This document shows positions 9,531 through 19,655 of a DNA stretch of 64,000 nucleotides, one piece after another. This stretch comes from Candidatus Saccharimonadota bacterium (GTDB lineage Bacteria > Patescibacteriota > Saccharimonadia > Saccharimonadales > JAICHO01): the NCBI GenBank assembly GCA_025924835.1, contig JAICHO010000001.1, forward strand, positions 2,553 to 66,552, written 5' to 3'. The notes under the pieces are model-generated. The model was not told the origin of the DNA. It saw only the letters and a list, made by a program, of their open reading frames with translations, and made no database searches. Each line of letters opens with the position of its first letter. The first letter of the stretch is position 1. Position numbers and translations under genes: made by a program.

Positions 9531-10400
9531 TTACGTCGGCTTCTGGCAATGCGGGCATGTGTGGGTGCCACGGCCGGCTACACGGGTTTTTATAATGGTG
9601 GTACCACAACGCGGACATGGTTGGCCGTCACGACGGAATACCCGTGCGAAGCTGAGGTAACTGCCCTTCTTGCCTTCGGCATTCACATAGTTTTTATCCG
9701 AGGAGCCTCCTTTTTCTATGGCCAAATTCAAAATGTAGCGAACTTCCTTATATAAGTTATCTGTTTGTGTAACCGAGAGGTTCTTTACTAAGGTAGCGGG
9801 GTGGATTTTGGCTCCCCACAGCGATTCATCGGCATAGATATTCCCTACGCCGGCAATAACCGACTGATCCAGCAACGCGGCTTTAATATTTGTGTTCGGC
9901 CGCCTCATTAAACGTTCACGGAAGTCTTTGTGGGTAAAATCTTTGGCCAGCGGTTCCGGCCCGACCTTCATAAAGAAGCTGATATGGGGCACTTCAGAGG
10001 TTGGATAGAGCTTGATCCAGCCAAACTTGCGTTGATCGTTAAAGAATAGCTTGCTGCCGTCAGTAAACTCAAGCGTTACACGCGTTGATTTATCCGGCAG
10101 TTTTCCAACTAGGGAGTCGCCGGGATGACCACCACCAAAGGCCACCTTGCCCCGAAAAACCAATTGTCCAGTCATTTTGAGGTGGATTACTAAACTGTAT
10201 TCGGTGCTAAGATCAATTAGTAAAACTTTTGCTCTACGTCGCACGCCAATGATTTTTGCGCCAGCCATGTATGCCTTGACGTCCGCCGCTGGATTGGGGA
10301 AGCCCTTTTCCCAATCATGTTCGATATGCGCGATGACCTTGCCCGGCAATAACTTGGCAAGTCCAGACCGTATTGTTTCAACCTCGGGGAGCTCTGGCAT
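9531..10400 (-). CDS. mutM: Formamidopyrimidine-DNA glycosylase
   Basis: MPELPEVET, HLKMTG, GVGNIYADE, C-terminal CPRC...CPHCQ zinc finger. Confidence 0.97.
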   Translation of the reverse strand: MPELPEVETIRSGLAKLLPGKVIAHIEHDWEKGFPNPAADVKAYMAGAKIIGVRRRAKVLLIDLSTEYSLVIHLKMTGQLVFRGKVAFGGGHPGDSLVGKLPDKSTRVTLEFTDGSKLFFNDQRKFGWIKLYPTSEVPHISFFMKVGPEPLAKDFTHKDFRERLMRRPNTNIKAALLDQSVIAGVGNIYADESLWGAKIHPATLVKNLSVTQTDNLYKEVRYILNLAIEKGGSSDKNYVNAEGKKGSYLSFARVFRRDGQPCPRCGTTIIKTRVAGRGTHTCPHCQKPT

Positions 10401-10420
10401 AGTGCTTTTATTGTAGCAAG

Positions 10421-11212
10421 CTACAGATCGTTGCGGACTATCTGCCCGCTACGCTTGGCGGCCGCAAGTTGCCTAGAAAATATGTAGCAACCAGCGAGCA
10501 AATACACGAGATTAAGTGCAGTAGCGAGTATTATTTTATGTACTTCGTAAGAAGCGCCGGCTTGAAGCGCCCTAAGCCACTCAAAGAAATAGGTTACGGG
10601 GAAAAGATAAGCAACCGGCTGGATAACGGCCGGCAGTACGCCCACTGGGAAAAAAACAGCACAAAGCGGCTCAATGGCATAAATGGTCGCCCAGGTTAAC
10701 ACTTGGATTTGCGTGCCGTATTGAAACACAAGCCCAATCAACACCACACCAATCGCGACTGAAAAAATTACCATATTAATATAACTGAATAAGACCGGAA
10801 AGGCTCCGAGCCGCAAGACACTGACGTGAAATACGTACCTGGCAATGATAAGAGCGTTCACGAAAATAAATAACGATTTAATGACCGCTGTCATTACATG
10901 GGCACAAAAGTATTCGCCAACCCGGATAGGAGCAATGAACATATTACTCAGGTTATGCGACCAGACATTCCACATGCTGCTTACAGATGTGCTGTACTGC
11001 GTAATTCTAATTACCTCCCAAAAAATAACGGCCACTAATAAACTTTGGGCTTCAAAACCTTTATTACCCCCCTGTGACAAATATCTAGATATAAAGCCAA
11101 ACAACAAAATGTTAATGGAGGTAAACACAAAGACGTCAAAAATTACTTCCATCGAACCTTTGGTGAGATAGAGATCTTGCAGCAATACTGCCCGGATATT
11201 ACGCCATTTCAT
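10421..11212 (-). CDS. ABC-2 type exporter permease
   Basis: About 6 TM segments, FFPVGVLP motif, overlaps the upstream ATPase stop. Confidence 0.85.
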   Translation of the reverse strand: MKWRNIRAVLLQDLYLTKGSMEVIFDVFVFTSINILLFGFISRYLSQGGNKGFEAQSLLVAVIFWEVIRITQYSTSVSSMWNVWSHNLSNMFIAPIRVGEYFCAHVMTAVIKSLFIFVNALIIARYVFHVSVLRLGAFPVLFSYINMVIFSVAIGVVLIGLVFQYGTQIQVLTWATIYAIEPLCAVFFPVGVLPAVIQPVAYLFPVTYFFEWLRALQAGASYEVHKIILATALNLVYLLAGCYIFSRQLAAAKRSGQIVRNDL

Positions 11213-11928
11213 TCTTCGCTTGTCTCCCTGGCAATTTGTAAAAACAGGTTATGCAAGCTTGGCAAGTCCTTTGGCACGGCTTCTTTAACAATCTTCCCGT
11301 GCGACATAAAAATCACCCTGTCACATATTCGCTCTACTTCATGCAAATTATGGCTTGTATACAAAATGGAAAGTTGCCGTTCCCTCCTAAACTGCTCTAT
11401 CATACTTAGTACCTTGTCGACAATATCCGGGTCAAGCGAAGCCGTCGGCTCATCCATTAAAACCAGTTCCGGATCGTTCAAAAAGGCTTTTGCAAGGTTA
11501 ACGCGTGTCCTTTGGCCGGCGGAAATGTGCTGGTAACGTTCATTTTTAAGATGCAAAACGCCAAAAAAATCCAGCAGTTCATCAATTTTATGTTTAGATT
11601 TTTTGACATTATAGGCGACCGCAAACACATGCAAATTTTCCCGAACGGAAATCATTTCTTGTAGTGTATTAAAGGCAGAGAGGTAGTTGATGCGTTGCAA
11701 AACTTCCAGTCGGTGTTTGTTAAAATCCTTGTTAAAAAACCTGATTTGACCATCCGAAGGAGTAAGTAACCCCAGCAACATCTGTATCGTACTGCTCTTG
11801 CCCGCCCCGTTAGGGCCTAACAGGCCAACAATTTCACCTCTGGCAATGGAAAAGTCTATATTATTTACGGCCACGAACTTGCCAAAACGCTTGGTCAAAC
11901 CCGTAACTTCTAAAACCGTTTCACTCAT
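11209..11928 (-). CDS. ABC transporter ATP-binding protein
   Basis: GPNGAGKS, ISAGQ, LMDEPT, TSH; probable start MSETVLEV at 11928. Confidence 0.92.
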   Translation of the reverse strand: MSETVLEVTGLTKRFGKFVAVNNIDFSIARGEIVGLLGPNGAGKSSTIQMLLGLLTPSDGQIRFFNKDFNKHRLEVLQRINYLSAFNTLQEMISVRENLHVFAVAYNVKKSKHKIDELLDFFGVLHLKNERYQHISAGQRTRVNLAKAFLNDPELVLMDEPTASLDPDIVDKVLSMIEQFRRERQLSILYTSHNLHEVERICDRVIFMSHGKIVKEAVPKDLPSLHNLFLQIARETSEE

Positions 11929-11982
11929 TTGGTGTGTATTGTAGTGGGTTTGAGGCAACAATACTATTGCTTAGCAATGGTA

Positions 11983-12351
11983 TCAGGCCACGTCAGACGG
12001 ATTAACAAAGACCATCTCTTGGCTTACAGTCGCAAAACCTAAAGATTGCAGATCAAAACCTAGAATATGGGCGCACTCTGCTTTTGTTCCTTGGTTAGGA
12101 ACTTGTCCGTCAGGCTTGATACGGGATGCATCTATATAATCTTGCAAGGCTCCCATCATAACATCCCTTTCTTCGCCCCAAAAAGCAGGGACTGTGGGAG
12201 TGTTCTCGTCTAGCTCATATACTATTCCCAGTAATCTTTCAGCTATTGGGTGTTCGGGACCTAAGGAATACCTAGCTGCGGCACTGGCTGCAATAATCTC
12301 ACTATTTCGTTTCAAAACTAACCGTTCACTTCTTGCTGGTTTGACCGACAT
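11983..12351 (-). CDS. Hypothetical protein (orphan)
   Basis: 122-aa ORF with AAGGA SD and TTGACA-N16-TATAGT upstream. Confidence 0.65.
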   Translation of the reverse strand: MSVKPARSERLVLKRNSEIIAASAAARYSLGPEHPIAERLLGIVYELDENTPTVPAFWGEERDVMMGALQDYIDASRIKPDGQVPNQGTKAECAHILGFDLQSLGFATVSQEMVFVNPSDVA

Positions 12352-12500
12352 ATTTGTTTATCCTTGCGAGATATGAAATCTAATCTATACATCTGACTAT
12401 AGTCCGAGCATAAGCGTTGTCAATGATTAAGCCGGCCTGTAATATAAATTACATATTTTATCTCATACGAGGTATTTTTTAGGTGGGGTACAATACTAAC

Positions 12501-12743
12501 ATGACAGATTCGATTAAAGACTTGTTGCTGGCTAAAGATTACGACGAACCACCGGAAATAAAAACGGTAAAGGGTTTTTTACGCACCCATTATAGTTCTG
12601 ACTGCCATGTTACCGTGCAGTCACAGCAAATTATTATCGCTGTTAAAGGCGCTGCCCTGGCCGGTGCATTAAGACTGCGCCTGCACGAGCTCCAAACCCT
12701 ATGCCATACTGATAAACGGCTAGTTTTAAGAATAATCAGCTAG
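12501..12743 (+). CDS. Small protein, possibly DciA/DUF721-like
   Basis: IIIAVKGAALAGALRLR resembles the DUF721 core; TACAAT 6 nt before the ATG. Confidence 0.5.
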   Translation: MTDSIKDLLLAKDYDEPPEIKTVKGFLRTHYSSDCHVTVQSQQIIIAVKGAALAGALRLRLHELQTLCHTDKRLVLRIIS

Positions 12744-12765
12744 GCTTAGAGCTATCCAGAGTCAC

Positions 12766-13341
12766 TCACAAATGGCGTAATAACAGCTGCAGTTCAGCCT
12801 TGAGATGGCTTAAATCCTGGTAATGGACAGCCTGCATACCCAGGCTGCGGGCGGCTTCACAATACCCCTCGCTGTCATCTATGAAAACACATTCTCCTGA
12901 CTGAACACCCAGTTGGTCTGCGGTATATGTATAAATATCGAGGTCAGGCTTGGTCATGCCTACATCGGCCGACACCACAACCGCGTCAAATAAACTTAGC
13001 TGCTCCGGGCTTAATTTACGGTTTAAAACACCGGTGTTGGCATTGCTCAAAATAGCTAGCCGATATTCCCCTGCAAGCTGTTTTATATATTCAAAAAGTT
13101 CTTCGTTGGGCTTATCGGCTCCAGCGACTACCTCCTGCCAGACTTGATCAGATATCCCAAGCTGGCGAGTAATCTGACGAGACATTTCGGCGGAGGTGAT
13201 TAATCCCATGCTGGCATTATCCAGTATCTCAGTTATAAACGCTCTGTCTTTAAGCGGATCGCCACCTGCCTGCCGATAAGTTTCTTTGAAGCCGCCACCA
13301 ACCAGCACCCCAAAACAGTCAAAAATAATAGCCCTAATCAC
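12766..13341 (-). CDS. HAD-superfamily phosphatase
   Basis: IIFDCFGVL, LSN, KPD, FIDD motifs. Confidence 0.9.
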   Translation of the reverse strand: MIRAIIFDCFGVLVGGGFKETYRQAGGDPLKDRAFITEILDNASMGLITSAEMSRQITRQLGISDQVWQEVVAGADKPNEELFEYIKQLAGEYRLAILSNANTGVLNRKLSPEQLSLFDAVVVSADVGMTKPDLDIYTYTADQLGVQSGECVFIDDSEGYCEAARSLGMQAVHYQDLSHLKAELQLLLRHL

Positions 13342-13361
13342 AGATTAACTGTACCAGATGG

Positions 13362-13928
13362 TTACAGCTGGACGCCAGTTGTGAGCTTGAAGTAGTCAGT
13401 AATCTGATTTTTGAACAACTGGGCAACTAGTGTCGGGTTACCAGAAAACGGACCGTCGGCAGTCAAACAACTATCTGACCAGGTGCGCATAACTTCTTGC
13501 CCCTCGGTCAGACGATAAATATAACGGTCGCCCAAGGGACAGACTCCCCTTTCGTCAACCAATTTTACCGTGCGTTCTTTGCCAAAGTTAGCCAGATCAA
13601 GCGCCCTTGTAAACGCCTGGAAGGCTTCGGGGGTATTATTGTATTCCTGCTGGCGTATCGGGATTAACTTGTAACCATCCAGAATTTCGATAGTCCGGTT
13701 GCGGCGAGTTACGGTGATACGAATCGCCTTAAACTGGTCCTCGCCGACTATGCGCCCTTGCATGGTCCAGCTAATACTGGCCGCGTCGTTATCGGCATAA
13801 TCCGATATCTTGGTAATACGCGAGGCCGCGGCACTACTGCGGGTCGTAGTACCGGTACTTCGCCCAAGAGTCACAATGGCGATAATTGCGAACACGATGA
13901 TTAAAAATATTGCGATTGCGTATCTCAT
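13362..13928 (-). CDS. Hypothetical exported or membrane-anchored protein
   Basis: N-terminal hydrophobic helix, S/T linker, Cys pair. Confidence 0.75.
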   Translation of the reverse strand: MRYAIAIFLIIVFAIIAIVTLGRSTGTTTRSSAAASRITKISDYADNDAASISWTMQGRIVGEDQFKAIRITVTRRNRTIEILDGYKLIPIRQQEYNNTPEAFQAFTRALDLANFGKERTVKLVDERGVCPLGDRYIYRLTEGQEVMRTWSDSCLTADGPFSGNPTLVAQLFKNQITDYFKLTTGVQL

Positions 13929-14003
13929 AACACCTCAAATCCAGACTAATAATAACACAAATTCGTGCTAAATACAATACTTGTTTTGAACAATCTGTTG
14001 CCC

Positions 14004-14531
14004 CTACAACAGATGGGCGATGCCTTCAGTCAGTTCATCTTCTACAATTTCTGCCAGCGGTCGATTATTGAGCTTAACCTCTTGGCCTTGGCTGTTCAGC
14101 TTAATATTTATCCAGTCGTGGCCGGGATTTGAGCGTTGTTGAAAGGGTACGCCCCGCTTCTGTAAAATTTCTGCTATTTCGCCAAAATTAGGGTAGTAAA
14201 ATTCCATATGGTCCACTCCTATCAGGGTTTCGCTTGTTTTGTCTGGGCGCGGCTCCATAATTTCTGCCCACGATACATCGCCCATACTACCCACCGGTTG
14301 GGCTGAGGTTAGCAGCAGCGCCGCTAAATGCCTGCCATCCAAATACACCTGGGATGCTTGCCGCGCATCAGCCAGCAAATCCTGAAGTCGGTATTCATAG
14401 TCGTCCGCGTCCGCACATTTTATGGCTATGTGGTCAGCCTTTTTAAACCATGTAGGCGGCAGTTCGTTCCGAATTATAAAATCTTCCAGGCTCTGCGCAT
14501 ACTCCGCGATGGCGTCTTGGTAGTCAAACAT
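14004..14531 (-). CDS. YecM-like VOC family protein
   Basis: ADHIAIKC...GRHLA...EIMEP...GVDHMEF...VKLNNRPL pattern. Confidence 0.7.
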   Translation of the reverse strand: MFDYQDAIAEYAQSLEDFIIRNELPPTWFKKADHIAIKCADADDYEYRLQDLLADARQASQVYLDGRHLAALLLTSAQPVGSMGDVSWAEIMEPRPDKTSETLIGVDHMEFYYPNFGEIAEILQKRGVPFQQRSNPGHDWINIKLNSQGQEVKLNNRPLAEIVEDELTEGIAHLL

Positions 14532-14939
14532 TTAGTTGGCAAAAGCCTTATGAATTGCCGGGTGAATATGTTGCTCGGTAAGCTGTAAGGCCAAGTCTTT
14601 ACCGGCCCATTGCACGGCAACGTGTTCATTACTAAACTGTGGTTCACCCTCAAAATCGGCGTTGACTCGATAAAAGATAAGCACCAGGCTTTTGTCGCCA
14701 TCAATATCCCAAGGCAAGCGATGGGCATACAACAGCTCGCCCGGTTCAATATTTTTAATATTTGGCAGCTCTTCTTTTAACTCCCGCACCAACGCCTCTT
14801 CAATCGTTTCACCGGCATTAATGCGGCCACCCGGCATTTCCCACATATCACGTCGGCCTTGGGCTTTGTTGGCCCGCAATACCAAAACCTTGCCTTCCCT
14901 AACAATTACGCCTTTAATACCAACATAAAAAGTCTTCAT
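14532..14939 (-). CDS. NUDIX hydrolase
   Basis: PGGRINAGETIEEALVRELKEEL Nudix box. Confidence 0.92.
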   Translation of the reverse strand: MKTFYVGIKGVIVREGKVLVLRANKAQGRRDMWEMPGGRINAGETIEEALVRELKEELPNIKNIEPGELLYAHRLPWDIDGDKSLVLIFYRVNADFEGEPQFSNEHVAVQWAGKDLALQLTEQHIHPAIHKAFAN

Positions 14940-14987
14940 AGCCTGCTCTTTACTTTATAGGAGTTGCTTCTCGGCACAAGCTGCGGA

Positions 14988-15392
14988 TTAGTCAAGACTT
15001 ATCCTGTCTACTTTCATGGGCCGCTCCAGCTTGGATGCCAAATCTTCAAGCGATAAGCCGTTAAACTCGTACGCTAGCCAGGCTGGTTTTGGGCGGGTGT
15101 ATACTACCCTTTCAATTCCAGCCCATGTCGCACAACAAAAACACATGACGCACGGCTCGTCGCTACAATACATAACGCACCCTTCCAGACGATTACTGCC
15201 GAGTTTCTGGGCGGCACTCCTAATTGCCGAGACGCCGTCATGCGCCGACGGATCGTGATTTCCGTATACATGTTCGGTTTCAGCCGCGATGACTTGGCCG
15301 TCTTGTACGATTAGGGCCGCAAAATTATACGGAGGTTGTTTGGTGCTGGCCAGACTGATTGCTTTTTTCATATAATATTGGTCGGTTTTCAT
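14988..15392 (-). CDS. Nucleoside/guanine deaminase-like zinc protein
   Basis: DPSAHDG...EPCVMC; probable start MKTDQYYM at 15392 with TATAAT 7 nt upstream. Confidence 0.8.
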   Translation of the reverse strand: MKTDQYYMKKAISLASTKQPPYNFAALIVQDGQVIAAETEHVYGNHDPSAHDGVSAIRSAAQKLGSNRLEGCVMYCSDEPCVMCFCCATWAGIERVVYTRPKPAWLAYEFNGLSLEDLASKLERPMKVDRISLD

Positions 15393-17598
15393 GTAGATGA
15401 TTATACGCCGGGCGGCGGACGGCCGCTGGCTGCTTAAGCAGATCTTGCAACAACCGTGAAACGTCTTCATACGACCGCAGCCGATATTTAGCCAGTGTCT
15501 TGCCAGGTCCAACCTTTACGGTGTACGCATGGTCCGGCATAACCGTAAACATATCTTCATCGGTAAAATCATCGCCGATGCACAAAATAAAATCCTCGGT
15601 GCCGTACAGCCATTCTTTGACGATCTTTCCTTTGTTCGCGCTACCCATGGCCTTCAGCTCCAGGATCATATGGCCGCTATATAGGACCAAGCCATAGGTT
15701 TTTAGAATTGGGCGCAATACACGCTTTAAGATGGTGATATTTTTTTGGGCGTAATACGGTGGCGCCTTGCGGTAATGCCACACCAGCGAAGTTTCTTTTT
15801 CTTCCACTGCGGCTCCTGGGGTTTTAGCGGCGTACTTTTGGAGTGTAGGCAGCAAGATTTGTTTCCAGCCCTGGTTCAAAATTGGTTCGGCTTGCCATTT
15901 TTTGCCATACGGACGCACCAAAGCCCCATGTTCCGCGGCCAAAGTAGCTGGCAGCGCATCAAACCACTTTTCAATGTCTTTTCTGCTGCGCCCGCTAATG
16001 ATAAGCAGATTATTGCGGACTTTCCGTGTTAGTTTTTCAAGCAGCGCGAAGACTGCCTTAGTAGGCTTGGCGTGTTTCGGCTCATCAAAAAATGGTGAAA
16101 GTACCCCATCATAATCCAGAATAATAGCCGGTCGCTCGGCATTGGCGAAGTCATTCAGCAATTGCCGGTAATACTGGTCCTTTAAACGATGGGTCCTAGG
16201 CTGCAAAACCAGGCTGGAAGATTGTAAGGTTTGGGCAAATTTACGCTTCCACTTATGGATGGTGTTGTCGGCCAAATGTTTCTGCATATCGTTTAATCGT
16301 TGCTGCAATTCAGCGGGCGTCATGGTCATGGCCTTGGTCAGCCCTGCCACAAGTGAAGCCTGCTTTTGGGGGTTAACCAGCAAGGCATCGGTGAGTTCCT
16401 GGGCGGCCCCCGCCGTTTCGCTTAAAATAAGCACGCCCTTTTTATTGGCTTTGCTAGCCACGTATTCCTTGGCCATAAGGTTCATACCATCACGCAACGG
16501 GGCTATAAAGGCCACGTCAGCGAGCTGATAATAGGCCGGCATCTCTTCAAACGGAATCATTTTGTACATATAATTGACCGGCATCCAGTCAGCGGTACCA
16601 AAATCAGTGTTAATCCTGGCCACCAACTTTTCTACATCTTCTTTTAATTGCCTGTAGACGGGTATGTCCGTCCTGGAAGGCACAGCGATCATGATCATAA
16701 TTACCTTGCCATGAAACTGTGGATTGCGTTTTAAAAACTCACGGTACGCCTGCAGTCGCTCTATAAATCCCTTGCTTGGATCAAGCCGTTCACAGGCCAG
16801 AATAACTTTGTACTTGCCGAACTTTTGCTTTAATTTTTGGTAATTGGTTTTCACGATTTCAGAGTTGTTAGCTTCGGCAAACTTTTCATAATCGATACTA
16901 ATCGGAAAGTCTCCAACCTGTACTGCTCGGTTGGACAATATAACCTGGCCGGCTGATGGAATACCCACGCGCAGTTCCCCGCAGGCATCGGTAAAATTCT
17001 GCACGTATTCCTGGGTATGGAATCCAATGAGGTCAGAGCCTAGCAACCCCTTGACTATGCTTTTGCCATGCGGTAATTTGGCAAACTCCTTAATCGGAGG
17101 AAATGGGGTGTGTAGAAAAAACCCAATAACTTCGTGGGGGCGGCTGAGTCGTATCATTTGTGGCACCAGCATCAGTTGGTAATCATGCACCCATACTGTG
17201 CTGTTCGGCCTGGTTACGCCCATGACAACGTCCGCAAATAGCAAATTTACGTGTTTATAGGTTGACCAGTATTGATCGAGTTTGTCCTCCGCTACTGGCA
17301 AGCTGTGAAAAAAGGGCCATAACACTTCGTTAGAATAGCCGTTATAGAACTCGTCGGTCTGTTTCTTGGTTAGGAATACGGGATAGCAGTTGCGCTTGCG
17401 AAGTTCAGTGGTAATTTCGTGTTTCTCGTCTTCGGTCAAATCTTCTGAATTTAGGCCGGGCCAGCCAATCCAGATATTTTTTCGGCTTTTAGTGTACGAC
17501 GCCAAACCCGTCGCCAGGCCACCCACACTCTGGTGAAACTCTAGCCTTCCATGTACTTTCTTAACACTAAAAGGTAACCGATTAGAAACTATAATCAT
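15325..17598 (-). CDS. otsAB: Fused trehalose-6-phosphate synthase/phosphatase (OtsA-OtsB)
   Basis: VSNRLP, GGLATG, WVHDYQL, FFLHTPFP, DGMNL, LSETAGAA, then HAD domain LDYDG...SGR...GDDFTDEDMF. Confidence 0.95.
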   Translation of the reverse strand: MIIVSNRLPFSVKKVHGRLEFHQSVGGLATGLASYTKSRKNIWIGWPGLNSEDLTEDEKHEITTELRKRNCYPVFLTKKQTDEFYNGYSNEVLWPFFHSLPVAEDKLDQYWSTYKHVNLLFADVVMGVTRPNSTVWVHDYQLMLVPQMIRLSRPHEVIGFFLHTPFPPIKEFAKLPHGKSIVKGLLGSDLIGFHTQEYVQNFTDACGELRVGIPSAGQVILSNRAVQVGDFPISIDYEKFAEANNSEIVKTNYQKLKQKFGKYKVILACERLDPSKGFIERLQAYREFLKRNPQFHGKVIMIMIAVPSRTDIPVYRQLKEDVEKLVARINTDFGTADWMPVNYMYKMIPFEEMPAYYQLADVAFIAPLRDGMNLMAKEYVASKANKKGVLILSETAGAAQELTDALLVNPQKQASLVAGLTKAMTMTPAELQQRLNDMQKHLADNTIHKWKRKFAQTLQSSSLVLQPRTHRLKDQYYRQLLNDFANAERPAIILDYDGVLSPFFDEPKHAKPTKAVFALLEKLTRKVRNNLLIISGRSRKDIEKWFDALPATLAAEHGALVRPYGKKWQAEPILNQGWKQILLPTLQKYAAKTPGAAVEEKETSLVWHYRKAPPYYAQKNITILKRVLRPILKTYGLVLYSGHMILELKAMGSANKGKIVKEWLYGTEDFILCIGDDFTDEDMFTVMPDHAYTVKVGPGKTLAKYRLRSYEDVSRLLQDLLKQPAAVRRPAYNHLHENRPILYEKSNQSGQHQTTSV

Positions 17599-17687
17599 AA
17601 TTTACTAAGCTAGCAAAAGCTTGTCCCTATTATTAACCAAAACGTATTGCTGTTCTGCGAGATAATTCTCATTCTCTGTGCTGGCAA

Positions 17688-18254
17688 TCACTGACTTACC
17701 TCACCTTTTACGCGTTTACGGATCTCTTCTATAGCAACGCTGTAAATGTATGGATTACGCCCAGCATAGTATTTCTTCCAGCCCGGTTGGTTCAGCTCAG
17801 CCTGTAACTGATCTGCTGAGAGCCATTTGGCGTTGGTAACTTCTGATTGTTGCAGCGTTAATTGATCATCAGTTATCTCGGCCGATAATAGAAAGATCCA
17901 ATCATGTTCCCGGTGCATTTTGCCAGTCATCATTTTGGCCTCGTCCTTACAGTGTCCCAGCTGGATAAGTTCACCGGCTTTTATATTCACTCCCAGCTCT
18001 TCACCGGCCTCACGTACTGCCGTTGTTATGGGGTCGTCTCCGGCGCTTATGTGCCCGCCTACTGAAACATCCCACACGTCCGCGTACAGTTTTTTGTCTG
18101 GCGCCCGGAACTGTAATAGCACTTCTCCTTTGGCGTTATAAATCCAGATAAAAGCCGTCCCATGCCACAGTTCCTGATCATGTACCACCGATTTTGGCAG
18201 TGATTTGCCGGTTTTATTACCCAGCTCATCTAATACATCGTATTGTTCTTCCAC
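17688..18254 (-). CDS. NUDIX-domain protein (IPP-isomerase/YfcD-like)
   Basis: ELWH...LLQFRAPDKK...WDVSVGGHISAGD...AVREAGEELG. Confidence 0.85.
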   Translation of the reverse strand: MEEQYDVLDELGNKTGKSLPKSVVHDQELWHGTAFIWIYNAKGEVLLQFRAPDKKLYADVWDVSVGGHISAGDDPITTAVREAGEELGVNIKAGELIQLGHCKDEAKMMTGKMHREHDWIFLLSAEITDDQLTLQQSEVTNAKWLSADQLQAELNQPGWKKYYAGRNPYIYSVAIEEIRKRVKGEVSQ

Positions 18255-18338
18255 TATCGATTTACCTTACCTATTACTACACTCAGCACAACCTCGTCCC
18301 CATTCTTGAATATTTGGTAGCCCACGGATTGGTCTTAT

Positions 18339-19157
18339 TCATGTTACGTGGGTCGGATCCCACGCGGTTCGGAAACCCTTGTCCAGGGTTTTAAGCTTAG
18401 CCATATCTTGCGCGTCTAATGAAAAGCCAAAAACATCAATATTCTCTGTAATACGATCTGGATGAGCAGATTTTGGCAATACCACAAAGCCCTGCTCAAT
18501 GCACCACCTAATCATTATTTGGGCAGTGGTTTTGCTATGCTTGCTGGCAACTTGCTGCAAGGCAGGGTCGTCCATGTGATATCCATGCGCCAGCGGCGAG
18601 TAGGCTTCCAGCACAATTCCGTTTTGTTGGCAGTATGCAACCAATTCGGGTTGTTGCAAAAAAACATGCAGCTCTACCTGGTTTACTACCGGCTTAACGC
18701 TACACTCGCGGAGCAATTCCTCAAGGTGTGCCACGGTATAATTACTGACCCCGATTGCTTTGGCTTGGCCTTTTTTAAACTTCTCTTCCATTTTGTACCA
18801 AGCCGGGCGGCGCTGATTGGTGACGGGAAAGTGGATTAACAAGAGGTCTACGTAGTCTGTTTGTAGTTTCTGCAACGACTCGTCAAAAGAAGGGTCGAAT
18901 CCGTCCCACCAGAGGTTTTCGTTCCAGATTTTAGTGGTAATAAACACGTCCTGACGTGGCGTGCCCGCTTCTTTTAGAGCTGCCCCCAGGTAGGCTTCAT
19001 TTGCATAAATTTGGGCCGTATCAAAATGCCGGTAACCTGCCTTTAGCGCATGCTTAACGGCCGCTTTGCACGTTTCTTCATTTTTATTAAGCCACAAGCC
19101 TAAACCAATTTGCGGAATAGCAATACCACTATTCAGCTTTAGATCGGGTACTGTCAT
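18339..19157 (-). CDS. Aldo/keto reductase
   Basis: GYRHFDTAQIY, FITTK, LLLIH, IGVSNY, AYSPL, LPKS. Confidence 0.95.
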   Translation of the reverse strand: MTVPDLKLNSGIAIPQIGLGLWLNKNEETCKAAVKHALKAGYRHFDTAQIYANEAYLGAALKEAGTPRQDVFITTKIWNENLWWDGFDPSFDESLQKLQTDYVDLLLIHFPVTNQRRPAWYKMEEKFKKGQAKAIGVSNYTVAHLEELLRECSVKPVVNQVELHVFLQQPELVAYCQQNGIVLEAYSPLAHGYHMDDPALQQVASKHSKTTAQIMIRWCIEQGFVVLPKSAHPDRITENIDVFGFSLDAQDMAKLKTLDKGFRTAWDPTHVT

Positions 19158-19237
19158 AAATTTCTCCTATAACAATTATAACCTACTGTTCTTTACTTAA
19201 CAGGAGTTATGAAAACTTTACTGTTAGTCAAGGTTGT

Positions 19238-19573
19238 TTAGGTTTGTGTTTTTTCACGCGGGCTTCCACCCAGCCATATGTTCAGAATACTGTTTACGAT
19301 ACCCAAAACACCTAAATCTGCAATGGCGGCAGCTACCGAAGTAACGGCCGCAGCCTCATGCTGGCGGTAAGCTCCGTTATCACCAGATGCCGTACTAGTA
19401 TTATGGGGGTTGGGTATTAGCAATTTATCGTCCGCGTTTAGGCGCAAGGACGTGCTGACAGCTAATAACCCGGCGACATCAGCCCTTGTCATGATCCTGG
19501 CTTCGCTGGTTACTCCATCTATGAGAAAACCTTCACGTGAGCCAGCTAAATATAGCCCGTTCATATTAGCCAA
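19238..19573 (-). CDS. Hypothetical protein (orphan), start uncertain
   Basis: 111-aa ORF filling the gap between polA and the aldo/keto reductase. Confidence 0.5.
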   Translation of the reverse strand: MANMNGLYLAGSREGFLIDGVTSEARIMTRADVAGLLAVSTSLRLNADDKLLIPNPHNTSTASGDNGAYRQHEAAAVTSVAAAIADLGVLGIVNSILNIWLGGSPREKTQT

Positions 19574-19655
19574 ACTATCTCATATTACTGTCAAAACTAC
19601 AAACAGTTATTTGCCTCAAATTTCTTGTCTCTTGTGCGACCATCCTCAGTGTTAA

